From assembly GCA_016935985.1 (NCBI GenBank), contig JAFGPW010000007.1, forward strand, positions 22,956 through 86,955: DNA of 64,000 nucleotides, given 5' to 3'. The translations under genes were made by a program, and so were the position numbers. Below, one piece after another: positions 34,048-42,772 of the stretch. Position 1 is the stretch's first letter. Every line of letters begins with the position of its first letter. Origin of the DNA: Candidatus Woesearchaeota archaeon (GTDB lineage Archaea > Nanobdellota > Nanobdellia > Woesearchaeales > JAFGPW01). The notes below the pieces were generated by a model. That model saw nothing but the letters and a program-made list of their open reading frames with translations. It was not told the DNA's origin and made no database searches.

Positions 34048-35035
34048 TCGCCGGATCGATCGCGCCGAAGACCTCGAGATGCCGCTCGGAGAACCAATGC
34101 CTGAGGAAGCCGCCGTCGTGGATGTTGCCGATAGAATGCCTCTTCTTGCGATGCTCGAAGAACGCGCACACGTATATCTCGCCGTCCCAGTCGACCACCG
34201 GATGGAGGAAGGTCATCAGGCACTTCTCCTGCCGCATCACCACGCCCTTGTAGGCGGGCACGAGCTCTGCGACGAGCGGAGGGGGGGCACCCCTGATCTG
34301 GTCTTGTATCTGTTCCGAGAGCCGGACGGTCGCATCCTCATCGAGAACGAGGCGCTCGGGAAAGCCGAGGAACTTGTACTGGAGGTAATCGACGCCCATC
34401 TCGAGCGCCTCACCGAGCGCGAGAAGCGCGTCGTCGGCGTTGAGCCGGGAGATGAGGATCTTCACCCCGACCTTCGTCGTCCCGTCGGCGCGGGCGGCGA
34501 TGGATGCGATCATGGCCTTCAGGTCCTGGTAACTGATGTCCTTTCTCCCATGGACCCGCCGATAGGTCGGTTCGGTGAAGCCGTCGACAGAGAAGCGCAC
34601 CCAATCGCCGTACGCCAACACGCGGTCGACGAGCTCAGGAGACTTGACGAGCCGGTCGCCGTTGGTGATGATGCCAGTCCTGAAGGAATGGGAAGCCATG
34701 CTATCGAATATCGCCCCGATGTCAGGATGGTCCATCGATTCCCCTCCGCCAGACAGCTCGATTGCCTTGACGTCCTTCCCGGCGAGCTCCGCGAGCAGGG
34801 CATCGATCGTTGGGGCAGGAAGGAAATCAGAGGTGCTGCCATGCGTGCCCTGGAACCTGCAATGCGGGCAGTCATAGGCGCAGAAATTCGTCGGGAACAG
34901 CTCGATGACCTCAGGAACCGGAATCTCCCGCTTGAGGACCTGGAGGACTTTCGGTCAGGCGGCGATGAGCTGGGCTACAGAAGAATCGAGAGGGCGATAG
35001 ATTCCTTTTGTGTCAAGGCGGTCAGTATTACCCAT
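33962..35035 (-). pseudogene. Radical SAM protein (rSAM-A) interrupted by an in-frame TGA at 34955-34957
   Basis: ATG 35035 MGNTDRLDTKGIYRPLDSSVAQLIAA-TGA-PKVLQVLKREIPVPEVIELFPTNFCAYDCPHCRF (CxxxCxxC). No ATG/GTG/TTG lies between the TGA and the first in-frame ATG at 34735 (MDHPD), which is downstream of the cluster motif. Confidence 0.7.
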
Positions 35036-35060
35036 CAATCCGAAGGAGAGGCGTATGATA

Positions 35061-35073
35061 CTATAAATATTTT
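35061..35073 (-). promoter_or_regulatory. TATA-like box (minus strand AAAATATTTATAG) for the rSAM operon
   Basis: 26-38 nt upstream of ATG 35035. Confidence 0.45.
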
Positions 35074-35106
35074 GTTAATTTCATCCCTGAATAGTGAAGA
35101 ATATTT

Positions 35107-35997
35107 TCAATAATCGTCGAGGAGGGCCTGGCCGGGCTCGCGCTCGACGATCGGCTGGGCGTCGATCCCGGCCCGCCGCAGTTCGCCCGCGAACTCTTCG
35201 GCGAAGCCGTGGAAGGTGTAGACCTTCTCGGGCCTGCACTGCAGGATGAAGTCGACGAGCTGGGGATAGTCGCAGTGGTTGGATATCGGGAACGCGGCAT
35301 CCGCGCCGATGCGGTACCGGTAGCGCGGGTCGACCGCCCATCCCGAGACCCCGACCGAAGTGTAGCCGGGGAGCGCGTAGTTGCCCACCAGCACGTCGGT
35401 CGCCTTCGGGTCGTAGTAGAGGTGCCGGAGCCCCAGCGCCCGGTTGACCCGCTCGACCTGCGGCGAGACGTTGAAGGGGATCTTCGCGGCGGAGAGCAGG
35501 TGGCAGACCTCCTGGGCCTTGCCGAAGGTGTAGGCCTTGACGATGACTGTCCCCTTGTCCTTGACGAAGTCGATGAGCTCCTTCGCCGTCTCGCCGTAGT
35601 CGGGGAAGATGTAGTCGGCCTTCCCGAAGGTCGCCTCGACGATGAGCGTCCCGCACCTCTTCGGCCGCGCCTTCCCGCAGTACTTGCCGGTGGTGCAGAA
35701 GTCGCCGGTGTAGAGCACCTTCTCGTCCTTCCAGTAGAACATGTTCGAGCCGATGGTATGGCCCGCGTCGAGCGAGAGGATGTTGCTGTCATGGAGCGGC
35801 TCGATCGTCTTGCGCCTGGTCCGGAGGCGGAGGATCCTCCTCGTCGGATCGGAGCAGAGGACCCGCTTGCCGTTGAACCGGCTCGGGATGTGGTCGTAGT
35901 GGGCGTGCGAGACGAGAATCCGGTCGGTCTCGCGGTCCTTTCTGAATATACGCATCGCCGCCGGGTCGAGGGTGAAGATGTTGTCGACGAGGAACAT
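35107..35997 (-). CDS. MBL-fold metallo-hydrolase (beta-CASP-like)
   Basis: ILVSHAHYDH (HxHxDH), ...DAGHTIGS..., ...TFHGF. Confidence 0.75.
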   Translation of the reverse strand: MFLVDNIFTLDPAAMRIFRKDRETDRILVSHAHYDHIPSRFNGKRVLCSDPTRRILRLRTRRKTIEPLHDSNILSLDAGHTIGSNMFYWKDEKVLYTGDFCTTGKYCGKARPKRCGTLIVEATFGKADYIFPDYGETAKELIDFVKDKGTVIVKAYTFGKAQEVCHLLSAAKIPFNVSPQVERVNRALGLRHLYYDPKATDVLVGNYALPGYTSVGVSGWAVDPRYRYRIGADAAFPISNHCDYPQLVDFILQCRPEKVYTFHGFAEEFAGELRRAGIDAQPIVEREPGQALLDDY

Positions 35998-36033
35998 ACC
36001 CCCTCCTGAACCGCTGTCGCTTAATAAAGCTTT

Positions 36034-36747
36034 TCATCCGCCCGAGAGAATGTCGATGCGCTCGATGACCTGCGACAGTCCGCCGATGCAATGGAAAGGG
36101 CCGTACGTCTTGAGGAGCGGCTGGAGCTCGCTCCAGAGGTACTGCCTGCCGGGACCGCGGTAGAGCACCTTCTCCGCTCCCACCAGATCGCCGATCCGCA
36201 TGTTCTCCGGCCGGTCATCGACGATCATCAGCATGCTGCCCCTGCTCCGCGCGTGCCCGGCGATCCGGTTCGCCTTGTAGTCGACGATCGAGAAGCCGTT
36301 GCCCGCGCTCTCCGAAGGAACGCCGATGCGGTGGTCGATGAAGTCGCCGAGCCCGACGAGATCGATGAAGCGATCGAGATTCGCGGGGTTCGTGTTCGAG
36401 ACGACGATGTTCGTGCCGCCGCGGGAGCGGACGCCTTTGAGGGTCTCTCGCGCGCCGTCGTTCGGCTTGATGTGCTTCGCCGCGGCCGCCATGCCGATCT
36501 CCGAGGCGTAGACGGCCATCCGGGTCGCGATCACACCGTGGTCGATGCTGTCGTAGCCGCTGATGAGGTTGTAGAAGTAGTCGTGCCAGTTGAGGCCGTA
36601 CCAGTCAAGCACCTCCTGAGGGGTGATGCGGCGTTCTAACCCGAACTCGCCCATGACCCGGTCCGCGACCTCTTTCACCGCATGCTCGTTGTCCTTCTCG
36701 AGCACGCCGTGGAAGTCCCAGTAGACGTCGAAAGGTTCCCCTGCCAT
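36034..36747 (-). CDS. HAD-like hydrolase (variant motif I)
   Basis: VYWDFHGVL, IVVSNT, MIVDDRPEN. Confidence 0.6.
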   Translation of the reverse strand: MAGEPFDVYWDFHGVLEKDNEHAVKEVADRVMGEFGLERRITPQEVLDWYGLNWHDYFYNLISGYDSIDHGVIATRMAVYASEIGMAAAAKHIKPNDGARETLKGVRSRGGTNIVVSNTNPANLDRFIDLVGLGDFIDHRIGVPSESAGNGFSIVDYKANRIAGHARSRGSMLMIVDDRPENMRIGDLVGAEKVLYRGPGRQYLWSELQPLLKTYGPFHCIGGLSQVIERIDILSGG

Positions 36748-36778
36748 AATGAAAAGATCTCCCAGCTGACCCTCGTGC

Positions 36779-36808
36779 GGAAAAAAAGGAAGAAAAAAAG
36801 GAAGAAGG
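36779..36808 (-). terminator. Oligo-T-rich tract (polypurine on the + strand) downstream of the 36810 gene
   Basis: The minus strand reads CCTTCTTCCTTTTTTTCTTCCTTTTTTTCC immediately after the stop. Archaeal terminators are T-runs. Confidence 0.5.
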
Positions 36809-36809
36809 T

Positions 36810-38057
36810 TCAGCCGAAGCTGAACACCGGCGGCCTGTTCACCGTGACCGTCACGGTCTGCTTGGCCTCGAGCTCGCCGTCGGACGCGACAACCGTCACC
36901 GTATGCTCGCCGCCGTCACCCTCCCTCGTCGTGTAGGACGAGGAGGTCATCCAGCCGCCGTAGGTGACGGTCACATCGTCGCCGTCGGGGTCGGAGACCG
37001 TCGGCGTGAAGGTCACCGTGTCGCCGAGGTCGACCGTGAAGTCATCGATTTCCTGCATCACGGGCGCCTTGTTGGCGGACTCGACCGTGATGTCGAAGGT
37101 CTCGGTGTCCTCGAGCTCGCTGTCGCTCGCGGTGACTGTCACCTTGTACGTGCCGGCATCGCCCTTCGCGGTCTTCCACTCGCCCTTCTCGTCGAGCGGC
37201 TCGCTGTAGGTGATCGCGGGCACGTCGCCGTCAGGGTCAGAGGCCTTCGCCGTCACCGTGACGGTCTCGCCCTCGATGACCGTTATGTCGTCGATCGAGT
37301 CGAGCTTGGGCTTGCGGTCGACGTTCTCGACCGTCACCGTTACCGTCTTCCTGACGGTGTCGGTGCCGTCGCTCGCGGTGACCGTCACTGTATGGACGCC
37401 CGCGTCGTCGTAGCCGGTCTTCTTCTCGGCGGAGGCCATCCAATCGGAGAAGGTGACGGTGACCGCGTCGTCGTCAGCGTCGGTCGCGGTCGCGTCGATC
37501 CTCACGGTCTCGCCCTCCTTCACCGTGAGCTCTGCAGGGACCGTCAGCACGGGCTCGTTGTTGAGCTTGTTCACGATGATGAGCAGCTTCTGCGAACTCG
37601 TGAGCCTGCCGTCGCTCGCGGTGACGGTGATGAGGTACCTGCCCGCGTCACCCTTCTTTGTCTGCCATTCTCCCAGGGCGTTGAGCGGCTTTGAGAAGGT
37701 GTAGGTGAGCGGATCGCCGTCAGGGTCGGTCGCCGTCAGGTCGAGCGTGACCTTCTCGCCCTCGTCGACGATCTTGGTGATATAGGTGCCCTCCTCGAGC
37801 CCCTTCTCCTCGGTCGCAGGCGTCTCAATCGCCTCTGGGGTCTCTGCCGGCATCTCCGGCACCTCGGTCGGCGTCTCCTCGACCGGGATGGTCGGTATCT
37901 CGATTGGGACCTCTTCGGCCGGCTCGCCGATCGGGATTATGTCATAGCCGCCCTCCGCGGGAGCGCGCTCCCAGATGAAGGTCGGGCGCTCGCAACCCTG
38001 TCCGGTCGCGAGGATAAGTGTCAGAACGATCACCAAACCCACCAGTTTACTGTTCAT
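36810..38057 (-). CDS. Secreted protein with four tandem ~90-aa cadherin/dystroglycan-like (CADG-type) Ig repeats
   Basis: MNSKLVGLVIVLTLILATGQGC. Repeats such as NEPVLTVPAELTVKEGETVRIDATATDADDDAVTVTF and KAPVMQEIDDFTVDLGDTVTFTPTVSDPDGDDVTVTY. Confidence 0.8.
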   Translation of the reverse strand: MNSKLVGLVIVLTLILATGQGCERPTFIWERAPAEGGYDIIPIGEPAEEVPIEIPTIPVEETPTEVPEMPAETPEAIETPATEEKGLEEGTYITKIVDEGEKVTLDLTATDPDGDPLTYTFSKPLNALGEWQTKKGDAGRYLITVTASDGRLTSSQKLLIIVNKLNNEPVLTVPAELTVKEGETVRIDATATDADDDAVTVTFSDWMASAEKKTGYDDAGVHTVTVTASDGTDTVRKTVTVTVENVDRKPKLDSIDDITVIEGETVTVTAKASDPDGDVPAITYSEPLDEKGEWKTAKGDAGTYKVTVTASDSELEDTETFDITVESANKAPVMQEIDDFTVDLGDTVTFTPTVSDPDGDDVTVTYGGWMTSSSYTTREGDGGEHTVTVVASDGELEAKQTVTVTVNRPPVFSFG

Positions 38058-38296
38058 TGATCCACACCTCATTCGTTTCAACGAAAACCCATTAGACAGT
38101 AATAAAATTATGTTACTATATTTTTATTGTATACAACTATATAAACTTTACGGTAGTTATTCTTTTGTAATAGAGGGCAAAGAGCTTCCCGAGAAGGAAT
38201 GTAGGCACAATATAATGGTTCCGAAGGCTTCAATTGAGCACTGGACGATGAGAAAAAGCCGTAAGGTATTTAAACCCAACCGGGTTCTCCGGCAGC

Positions 38297-38965
38297 ATGA
38301 TATCGCTCTGGACTGATCTGGAGAATGAGAGTTTCAATGCCGAACAGGGAGGCAAAGACCCCACGAAGCTCGTGCTGAACTACGCCAACCTGCTGTACGC
38401 GTATGTGGTGACCGCGGAGCACAGGCCCGACCTCAGGCTCGAGACTATCCCCGAGCGCCCTGACGCCGACCACTTCCATCAGGTCGACCGTGCGCTCAAG
38501 AAGGTCGCCCGGAACTACCCCACCTTCTACGGGTCGCCGATCGTCTACCAGTTCTATGAGCCCAACATGTATCCCGACCGCATGCATCAGGTGCTCGGTT
38601 TCGTCCGCGGCCCGACAGTCCAGGATGGCGGTTCTCCATCAGAGGACATCGCGGGGAGGATCAGGACGAACATCAGGTTCCTCTACCGGCCTAGGAAGGG
38701 AGAAGGGACAATCGTGGTCTCGGCGATGGGGCTCGACCGGGACATGCCGCTCCTCTTCATCGAGGATTTCGTTGAGAAAGCGAGAATCGTCCCGCTCGAC
38801 ATCCCCGCCTCGCTCCGAGAGGCGTACGAATTGGAGTTCAGGTACAAGTTCGTCGAACCGCTCAGGCATTACCAGGCGATGGACGCAGCGGAGATGCATC
38901 GGATCATTGGCAAGACACCGGCCGAGCTCTTCGCCGACACCTATCTCGGCGTACCCAAACTTTAG
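38297..38965 (+). CDS. Hypothetical protein (222 aa), no family recognised
   Basis: GC3-rich ORF after an AT-rich 215-bp intergenic region. Soluble composition. Confidence 0.55.
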   Translation: MISLWTDLENESFNAEQGGKDPTKLVLNYANLLYAYVVTAEHRPDLRLETIPERPDADHFHQVDRALKKVARNYPTFYGSPIVYQFYEPNMYPDRMHQVLGFVRGPTVQDGGSPSEDIAGRIRTNIRFLYRPRKGEGTIVVSAMGLDRDMPLLFIEDFVEKARIVPLDIPASLREAYELEFRYKFVEPLRHYQAMDAAEMHRIIGKTPAELFADTYLGVPKL

Positions 38966-39008
38966 TACCGCAACATTTTTATGTACTTATCCATTCTCTG
39001 CTCGGATA

Positions 39009-39650
39009 ATGCTCTCGAGAATCGATCTCCTCCTCTGCATCGCCAAGAGGGCGGGACTGAAGTCCTGCGACATAAGCACGATCAGAATCGCCAAGCTGTT
39101 CCGGATAAGCCAGCAGACGATATCGCGCAGGCTCATCGAGTACGACAAGGAGGGCCTCATCACCAGGCAGATTTTGCCGAAAGGCATCCGCCTCTCCCTG
39201 ACCAAGAAGGGCTTCGACCTGCTGCAGGAGCACTACCTGGAGCTCCGCGCCATCTTCGAGAAGCGCATCAACACGATGGCAGGCACGATCGAGAGCGGCC
39301 TCGGCGAGGGCAAGTTCTACATCGAGCAGCAGGGATACCAGGAGCAGTTCAGGAAGAGGCTCGGCTTCAAGGCGTATCCGGGCACGCTCAACCTCAGGGT
39401 CGACCTGCAGGAGTTCAGGAATTTCCTATCGGCGATCCCGCCGGTGGCGATCGCCGGCTTCAAGACAGACAAGCGGACCTTCGGCAGCATCACCGCGTAC
39501 CCGGTGACGTTCAGGGGGATGAAGGGCGCGATCATCGTGCCTGAACGCACCATCCACGACCAATCGACGATGGAGATTATCGCGCCCGACGATCTCAGGC
39601 AGCGGTTCAGGCTGAAGGACGGCGGGCGCTTCGAGGTCGAGCACGCATGA
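39009..39650 (+). CDS. ribK: RbkR-type bifunctional wHTH regulator / CTP-dependent archaeal riboflavin kinase
   Basis: N-terminal HTH (IAKLFRISQQTISRRLIEYDKEGLI) plus a kinase domain (GLGEGKFYIE...YPGTLNLRV...GSITAYP). TATA-like ACATTTTTATGTAC lies upstream. Confidence 0.85.
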   Translation: MLSRIDLLLCIAKRAGLKSCDISTIRIAKLFRISQQTISRRLIEYDKEGLITRQILPKGIRLSLTKKGFDLLQEHYLELRAIFEKRINTMAGTIESGLGEGKFYIEQQGYQEQFRKRLGFKAYPGTLNLRVDLQEFRNFLSAIPPVAIAGFKTDKRTFGSITAYPVTFRGMKGAIIVPERTIHDQSTMEIIAPDDLRQRFRLKDGGRFEVEHA

Positions 39651-40579
39651 ATCCGCTCGGCCTCAGCATGCTCGCGATCGTCGCCGCGGCGTTCCTCTGG
39701 GCGCTCGAGGGCGTCATCCTCACTCCGAACCTCTTCACGCTCGATGTCGGGTTTGTGGTGTTCGGCATCCATCTCGCGACCTTCGTCATCCTCGCCGCGC
39801 TCTTCCCGAAGGAGATCCGGCACCTGAAGCGGTTCTCGCAGACCGATCTCCTCTACCTCGGGCTGATCGCGCTCTTCGGCGGGGCGATAGGGACGATCGC
39901 GATCGTGAAAGCGCTCTTCCTCGTCAACTTCGACCACCTCTCGGTGATCGTGCTGCTCCAGCAGCTCCAGCCGATCTTCGCGATCGCGCTCGCGATGCTG
40001 CTCCTCAAGGAGAGGGCGCGGCCGCGGTTCTTCGTGTGGGCCGCCCTCGCGCTCGTCGCCGCGTATCTCCTCGTCTTCGGCCTCTCGCTCCCGCACATGG
40101 GCACCGGCACGGACATGATGCTCGCAGCAGGCCTCGCTCTCGTCGCCGCCGCGTCCTGGGGGAGCGCGACCGTTTTCGGCCGGAAGGTCGCGACACGGAT
40201 GGACTTCTCGACCGCGGCGTTCTACCGCGCCGGTTTCACGACGCTCATCATGGTCCTGTATCTCTTCGTCTTCCGACGGTACGGCCAGTTCGCCGTCGCC
40301 GGCCCGCGCGAGTGGCTCTTCATGACCGTCATCGGCCTAAGCTCAGGCGTCGTCGCCATGCTGCTCTACTACTATGGGCTCAGGCGGGTGAAGGCCATGG
40401 TCGCGACTATCTGCGAGCTCGCGATGCCGGTCTCGGCGGTGGCGCTCGATTACCTCATCCACGGCACCGTGCTCTCTGCCTGGCAAGGGGTGGGAGCTGT
40501 CGCCCTCACGCTCTCGATCCTGCGTATCACCACGTACCAGCTCGAGCAGCAGGTGGCGCAGGCCGAGAAACATTTATAA
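39647..40579 (+). CDS. EamA/DMT-family transporter, translationally coupled to ribK/rbkR
   Basis: ATGA overlap at 39647-39650. 10 TM helices in two EamA-like halves. Confidence 0.75.
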   Translation: MNPLGLSMLAIVAAAFLWALEGVILTPNLFTLDVGFVVFGIHLATFVILAALFPKEIRHLKRFSQTDLLYLGLIALFGGAIGTIAIVKALFLVNFDHLSVIVLLQQLQPIFAIALAMLLLKERARPRFFVWAALALVAAYLLVFGLSLPHMGTGTDMMLAAGLALVAAASWGSATVFGRKVATRMDFSTAAFYRAGFTTLIMVLYLFVFRRYGQFAVAGPREWLFMTVIGLSSGVVAMLLYYYGLRRVKAMVATICELAMPVSAVALDYLIHGTVLSAWQGVGAVALTLSILRITTYQLEQQVAQAEKHL

Positions 40580-40582
40580 AAG
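40571..40582 (+). promoter_or_regulatory. TATA-like box (CATTTATAAAAG) for tRNA-Pro
   Basis: 24-35 nt upstream of tRNA position 1 (40606). Confidence 0.45.
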
Positions 40583-40605
40583 AGACCTCATTCTCCCGAC
40601 TAAAA

Positions 40606-40679
40606 GGGGCTGTAATGTAACTTGGTTATCATGCGAGGTTCGGGGCCTCGTAATCGGGGTTCGAATCCCCGCAGCCCCA
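40606..40679 (+). tRNA. tRNA-Pro (anticodon CGG)
   Basis: Acceptor GGGGCTG/CAGCCCC. Anticodon arm CGAGG-TTCGGGG-CCTCG. T-arm CGGGG-TTCGAAT-CCCCG. 74 nt, no encoded CCA. Confidence 0.85.
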
Positions 40680-40690
40680 GTTCCTTCTCT

Positions 40691-41095
40691 TCATCCGAGC
40701 GATGCGGGATCGACGCCGAGCAGGAATAGATTTGCATTGATCGCATCGCGCAGGCTCTGATACACCGGCAGCAGCAGGTCATAGCCTATTGATTCCATCC
40801 CCATCCTTATCACCGGCTGCACCCTGTAGAGCGAGATCTCTCCTCCTGCCATGTTGAAGCCGGTGCGCGCCAGGACGAAAGCGTGCCATCCTGATGGACT
40901 GACATGGTAGGCTCTCTCCATGTCGATGATCAGGTGGACGTGCTTACATTTGAGAAGGTTTTTCAGCGTCTCCTCAATCGTCGGCACCGTCGAGCTGGTG
41001 ACATATCCCTCGAGGGAGAGCCGGTGGATGCGCGGCTCCTTCTTGTGGACGCCGTACGTGAAGATGAGATCAGGCCTCATGGTCATGCTCCTCAA
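40691..41095 (-). CDS. STAS-domain protein (SpoIIAA-like anti-sigma antagonist fold)
   Basis: LSLEGYVTSSTVPTIEETLKNLLKCKHVHLIIDMERAYHVSPSGWHAFVLA...GGEISLYRVQPVIRMGMESIG. The start codon is uncertain (M1/M4/M6). Confidence 0.65.
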   Translation of the reverse strand: MRSMTMRPDLIFTYGVHKKEPRIHRLSLEGYVTSSTVPTIEETLKNLLKCKHVHLIIDMERAYHVSPSGWHAFVLARTGFNMAGGEISLYRVQPVIRMGMESIGYDLLLPVYQSLRDAINANLFLLGVDPASLG

Positions 41096-41307
41096 TGAAG
41101 ATCGGAAATGTCATTACTACATGATAGTATATATATTTTGTGGTGGCCGTCTCGGGCGATTGGCATGCCGCGACCAACCGTTTCTCGTCAAAAATACCCA
41201 CTTCCGAGTGGTCGCCGCAAACCAAAAGGTATATTAAGGAAACCATCGAGAAAAGGAGGTGCAGCTAGCCGTATCGCTACCGGTAGTCTGGAAAAGAGGT
41301 GCCTTTC

Positions 41308-41952
41308 ATGGCAGACGAAGAACCGAAGAAGCAGCACGTCGCATCGCCCTATGATGATTATGAGATCCTCCCGCGCAAGAAGCTCTCCGAGCTCCACCAG
41401 CAGATTGAGGAGGTGAAGAAGTTCCCGCTCGGCAAGAACACGACGACCATGGGCCTCCTCGACGCGATCGAGCGGCTGACCGAATCGATCAACAATCTCA
41501 ATGGTATGTTCCAGGCGGCGAGCCAGGAGATGCGGCTCGAGGACCGGGAGAATACTGACATCCACCAGCGCATCGACCCGCTCATCAAGAAGGTGGAGGA
41601 GCTCGGCGAGCAGAACAAGAAGATCGCGCGCGGCCTCGTCTCGATAGCCGAGATGGTGTCTGACCTCAAGAAGGAGCGCAAGAAGGATAAGGAGGAGCCA
41701 AAGCAGGAGCCGTTGCCGCAACGGCCTGGGCCGCAGCAGCAGCCCGGCGGGCTTCCGCCGTTCGGCGCGCCGTCGATGGGCGACCTAGGGATGGGCATGC
41801 CGGGAGGCCAGCCGCAGGCGCCAGGCTTCGAGCCGTTCGGACCAGGAAGTATAGGGCCAATGGGAGGCCCAGGCGGGATGCAGGGCATGGGCATGCCGCC
41901 GCCACCTGAGGAGGAGAGGAAGAGGAAAGGGCTCTTCGGCTTCGGCAAGTGA
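41308..41952 (+). CDS. Coiled-coil protein with a Gly/Pro/Met-rich low-complexity C-terminus (hypothetical)
   Basis: SD AGAGGTG lies 6 nt upstream of ATG 41308. Heptad-like region followed by PGGLPPFGAPSMGDLGMGMPGGQPQAPGFEPFGPG. Confidence 0.6.
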   Translation: MADEEPKKQHVASPYDDYEILPRKKLSELHQQIEEVKKFPLGKNTTTMGLLDAIERLTESINNLNGMFQAASQEMRLEDRENTDIHQRIDPLIKKVEELGEQNKKIARGLVSIAEMVSDLKKERKKDKEEPKQEPLPQRPGPQQQPGGLPPFGAPSMGDLGMGMPGGQPQAPGFEPFGPGSIGPMGGPGGMQGMGMPPPPEEERKRKGLFGFGK

Positions 41953-41965
41953 GCATGGGGTGACC

Positions 41966-42592
41966 ATGTTTATTTCTGACAGGGAGCGGACGAGGAAGGT
42001 CCGTCAGTTCGCGAAGACGCTGCTGCGCGTCTACCGCACCAGGACCGAGCGCGACGACGCGCGCACCGCGGTCTCCGGCCAACTCGACAGGATCAAGAGG
42101 CTCGCGTTCCGCAAGACCACGAGGAGGGCGACGCTCGAGCGCGAGATCGTCATACTCGAGAGGCAGATCGAGCGCCTGGTGGGAAAGGAAAGGGAGCTCG
42201 CGAAGACCCAGCACGCGAACCTCGAGACCATCCGGCTCCTGAAGCATCAGGTGAAGGAGCTGCAGCAGCGGCTCGGCGTGAAGACAGAGGAGAGCCCTGC
42301 GAAGACAGCGCCGAAGCGGCAGCCGGCTGATGCCATCAGGCCGCGCCGAACGCCGGGCAGGGAGCGCGAGATCGAAGCCCTCGAGAGGGACCTAAAAGGG
42401 CTCTCAGCGCAGTATGCCACTATCAGGAGGACCAAGGGCGCGACGAGAGAGCTCCTCGACAAGGCGAAGGGGCGCATCGATTCCTACCGCACGCGCATAG
42501 CTGCCCTGAAGCGGCAGCATGCGCCGGCGGCGAAGAGGAAGGAGAAGGGATCGGAGAAGAAGGCCGGTTCTCATATAAGGAAAAAGAAATGA
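41966..42592 (+). CDS. Highly basic coiled-coil protein (hypothetical)
   Basis: Arg/Lys/Glu-rich heptads, e.g. REIVILERQIERLVGKERELAKTQ. Either ATG 41966 or GTG 41960 is a possible start. Confidence 0.5.
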   Translation: MFISDRERTRKVRQFAKTLLRVYRTRTERDDARTAVSGQLDRIKRLAFRKTTRRATLEREIVILERQIERLVGKERELAKTQHANLETIRLLKHQVKELQQRLGVKTEESPAKTAPKRQPADAIRPRRTPGREREIEALERDLKGLSAQYATIRRTKGATRELLDKAKGRIDSYRTRIAALKRQHAPAAKRKEKGSEKKAGSHIRKKK

Positions 42593-42601
42593 GGGAAGGG
42601 C

Positions 42602-42772
42602 TCAGAGGTCCTTCGCCATCACGGTCTTCCTGCCGTTCGCCTCAGCCCGCTCCTTCGCGTCCTTGATGAGCGCCCTGACTTTTGCGTCCAGAGCCTCCGC
42701 GAAGTCGCCCGCCAGGTTCGCGCCCGGAGCCGCTTCCTTGAGCTTTGCCTTGACAACGAGTAGATCTGCCAT
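42602..42772 (-). CDS. DUF1931-like histone-fold small protein (56 aa, below the ORF-track cut-off)
   Basis: MADLLVVKAKLKEAAPGANLAGDFAEALDAKVRALIKDAKERAEANGRKTVMAKDL. The ...A.ANGRKT....DL ending parallels the histone HAGRKTV motif. Confidence 0.6.
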   Translation of the reverse strand: MADLLVVKAKLKEAAPGANLAGDFAEALDAKVRALIKDAKERAEANGRKTVMAKDL

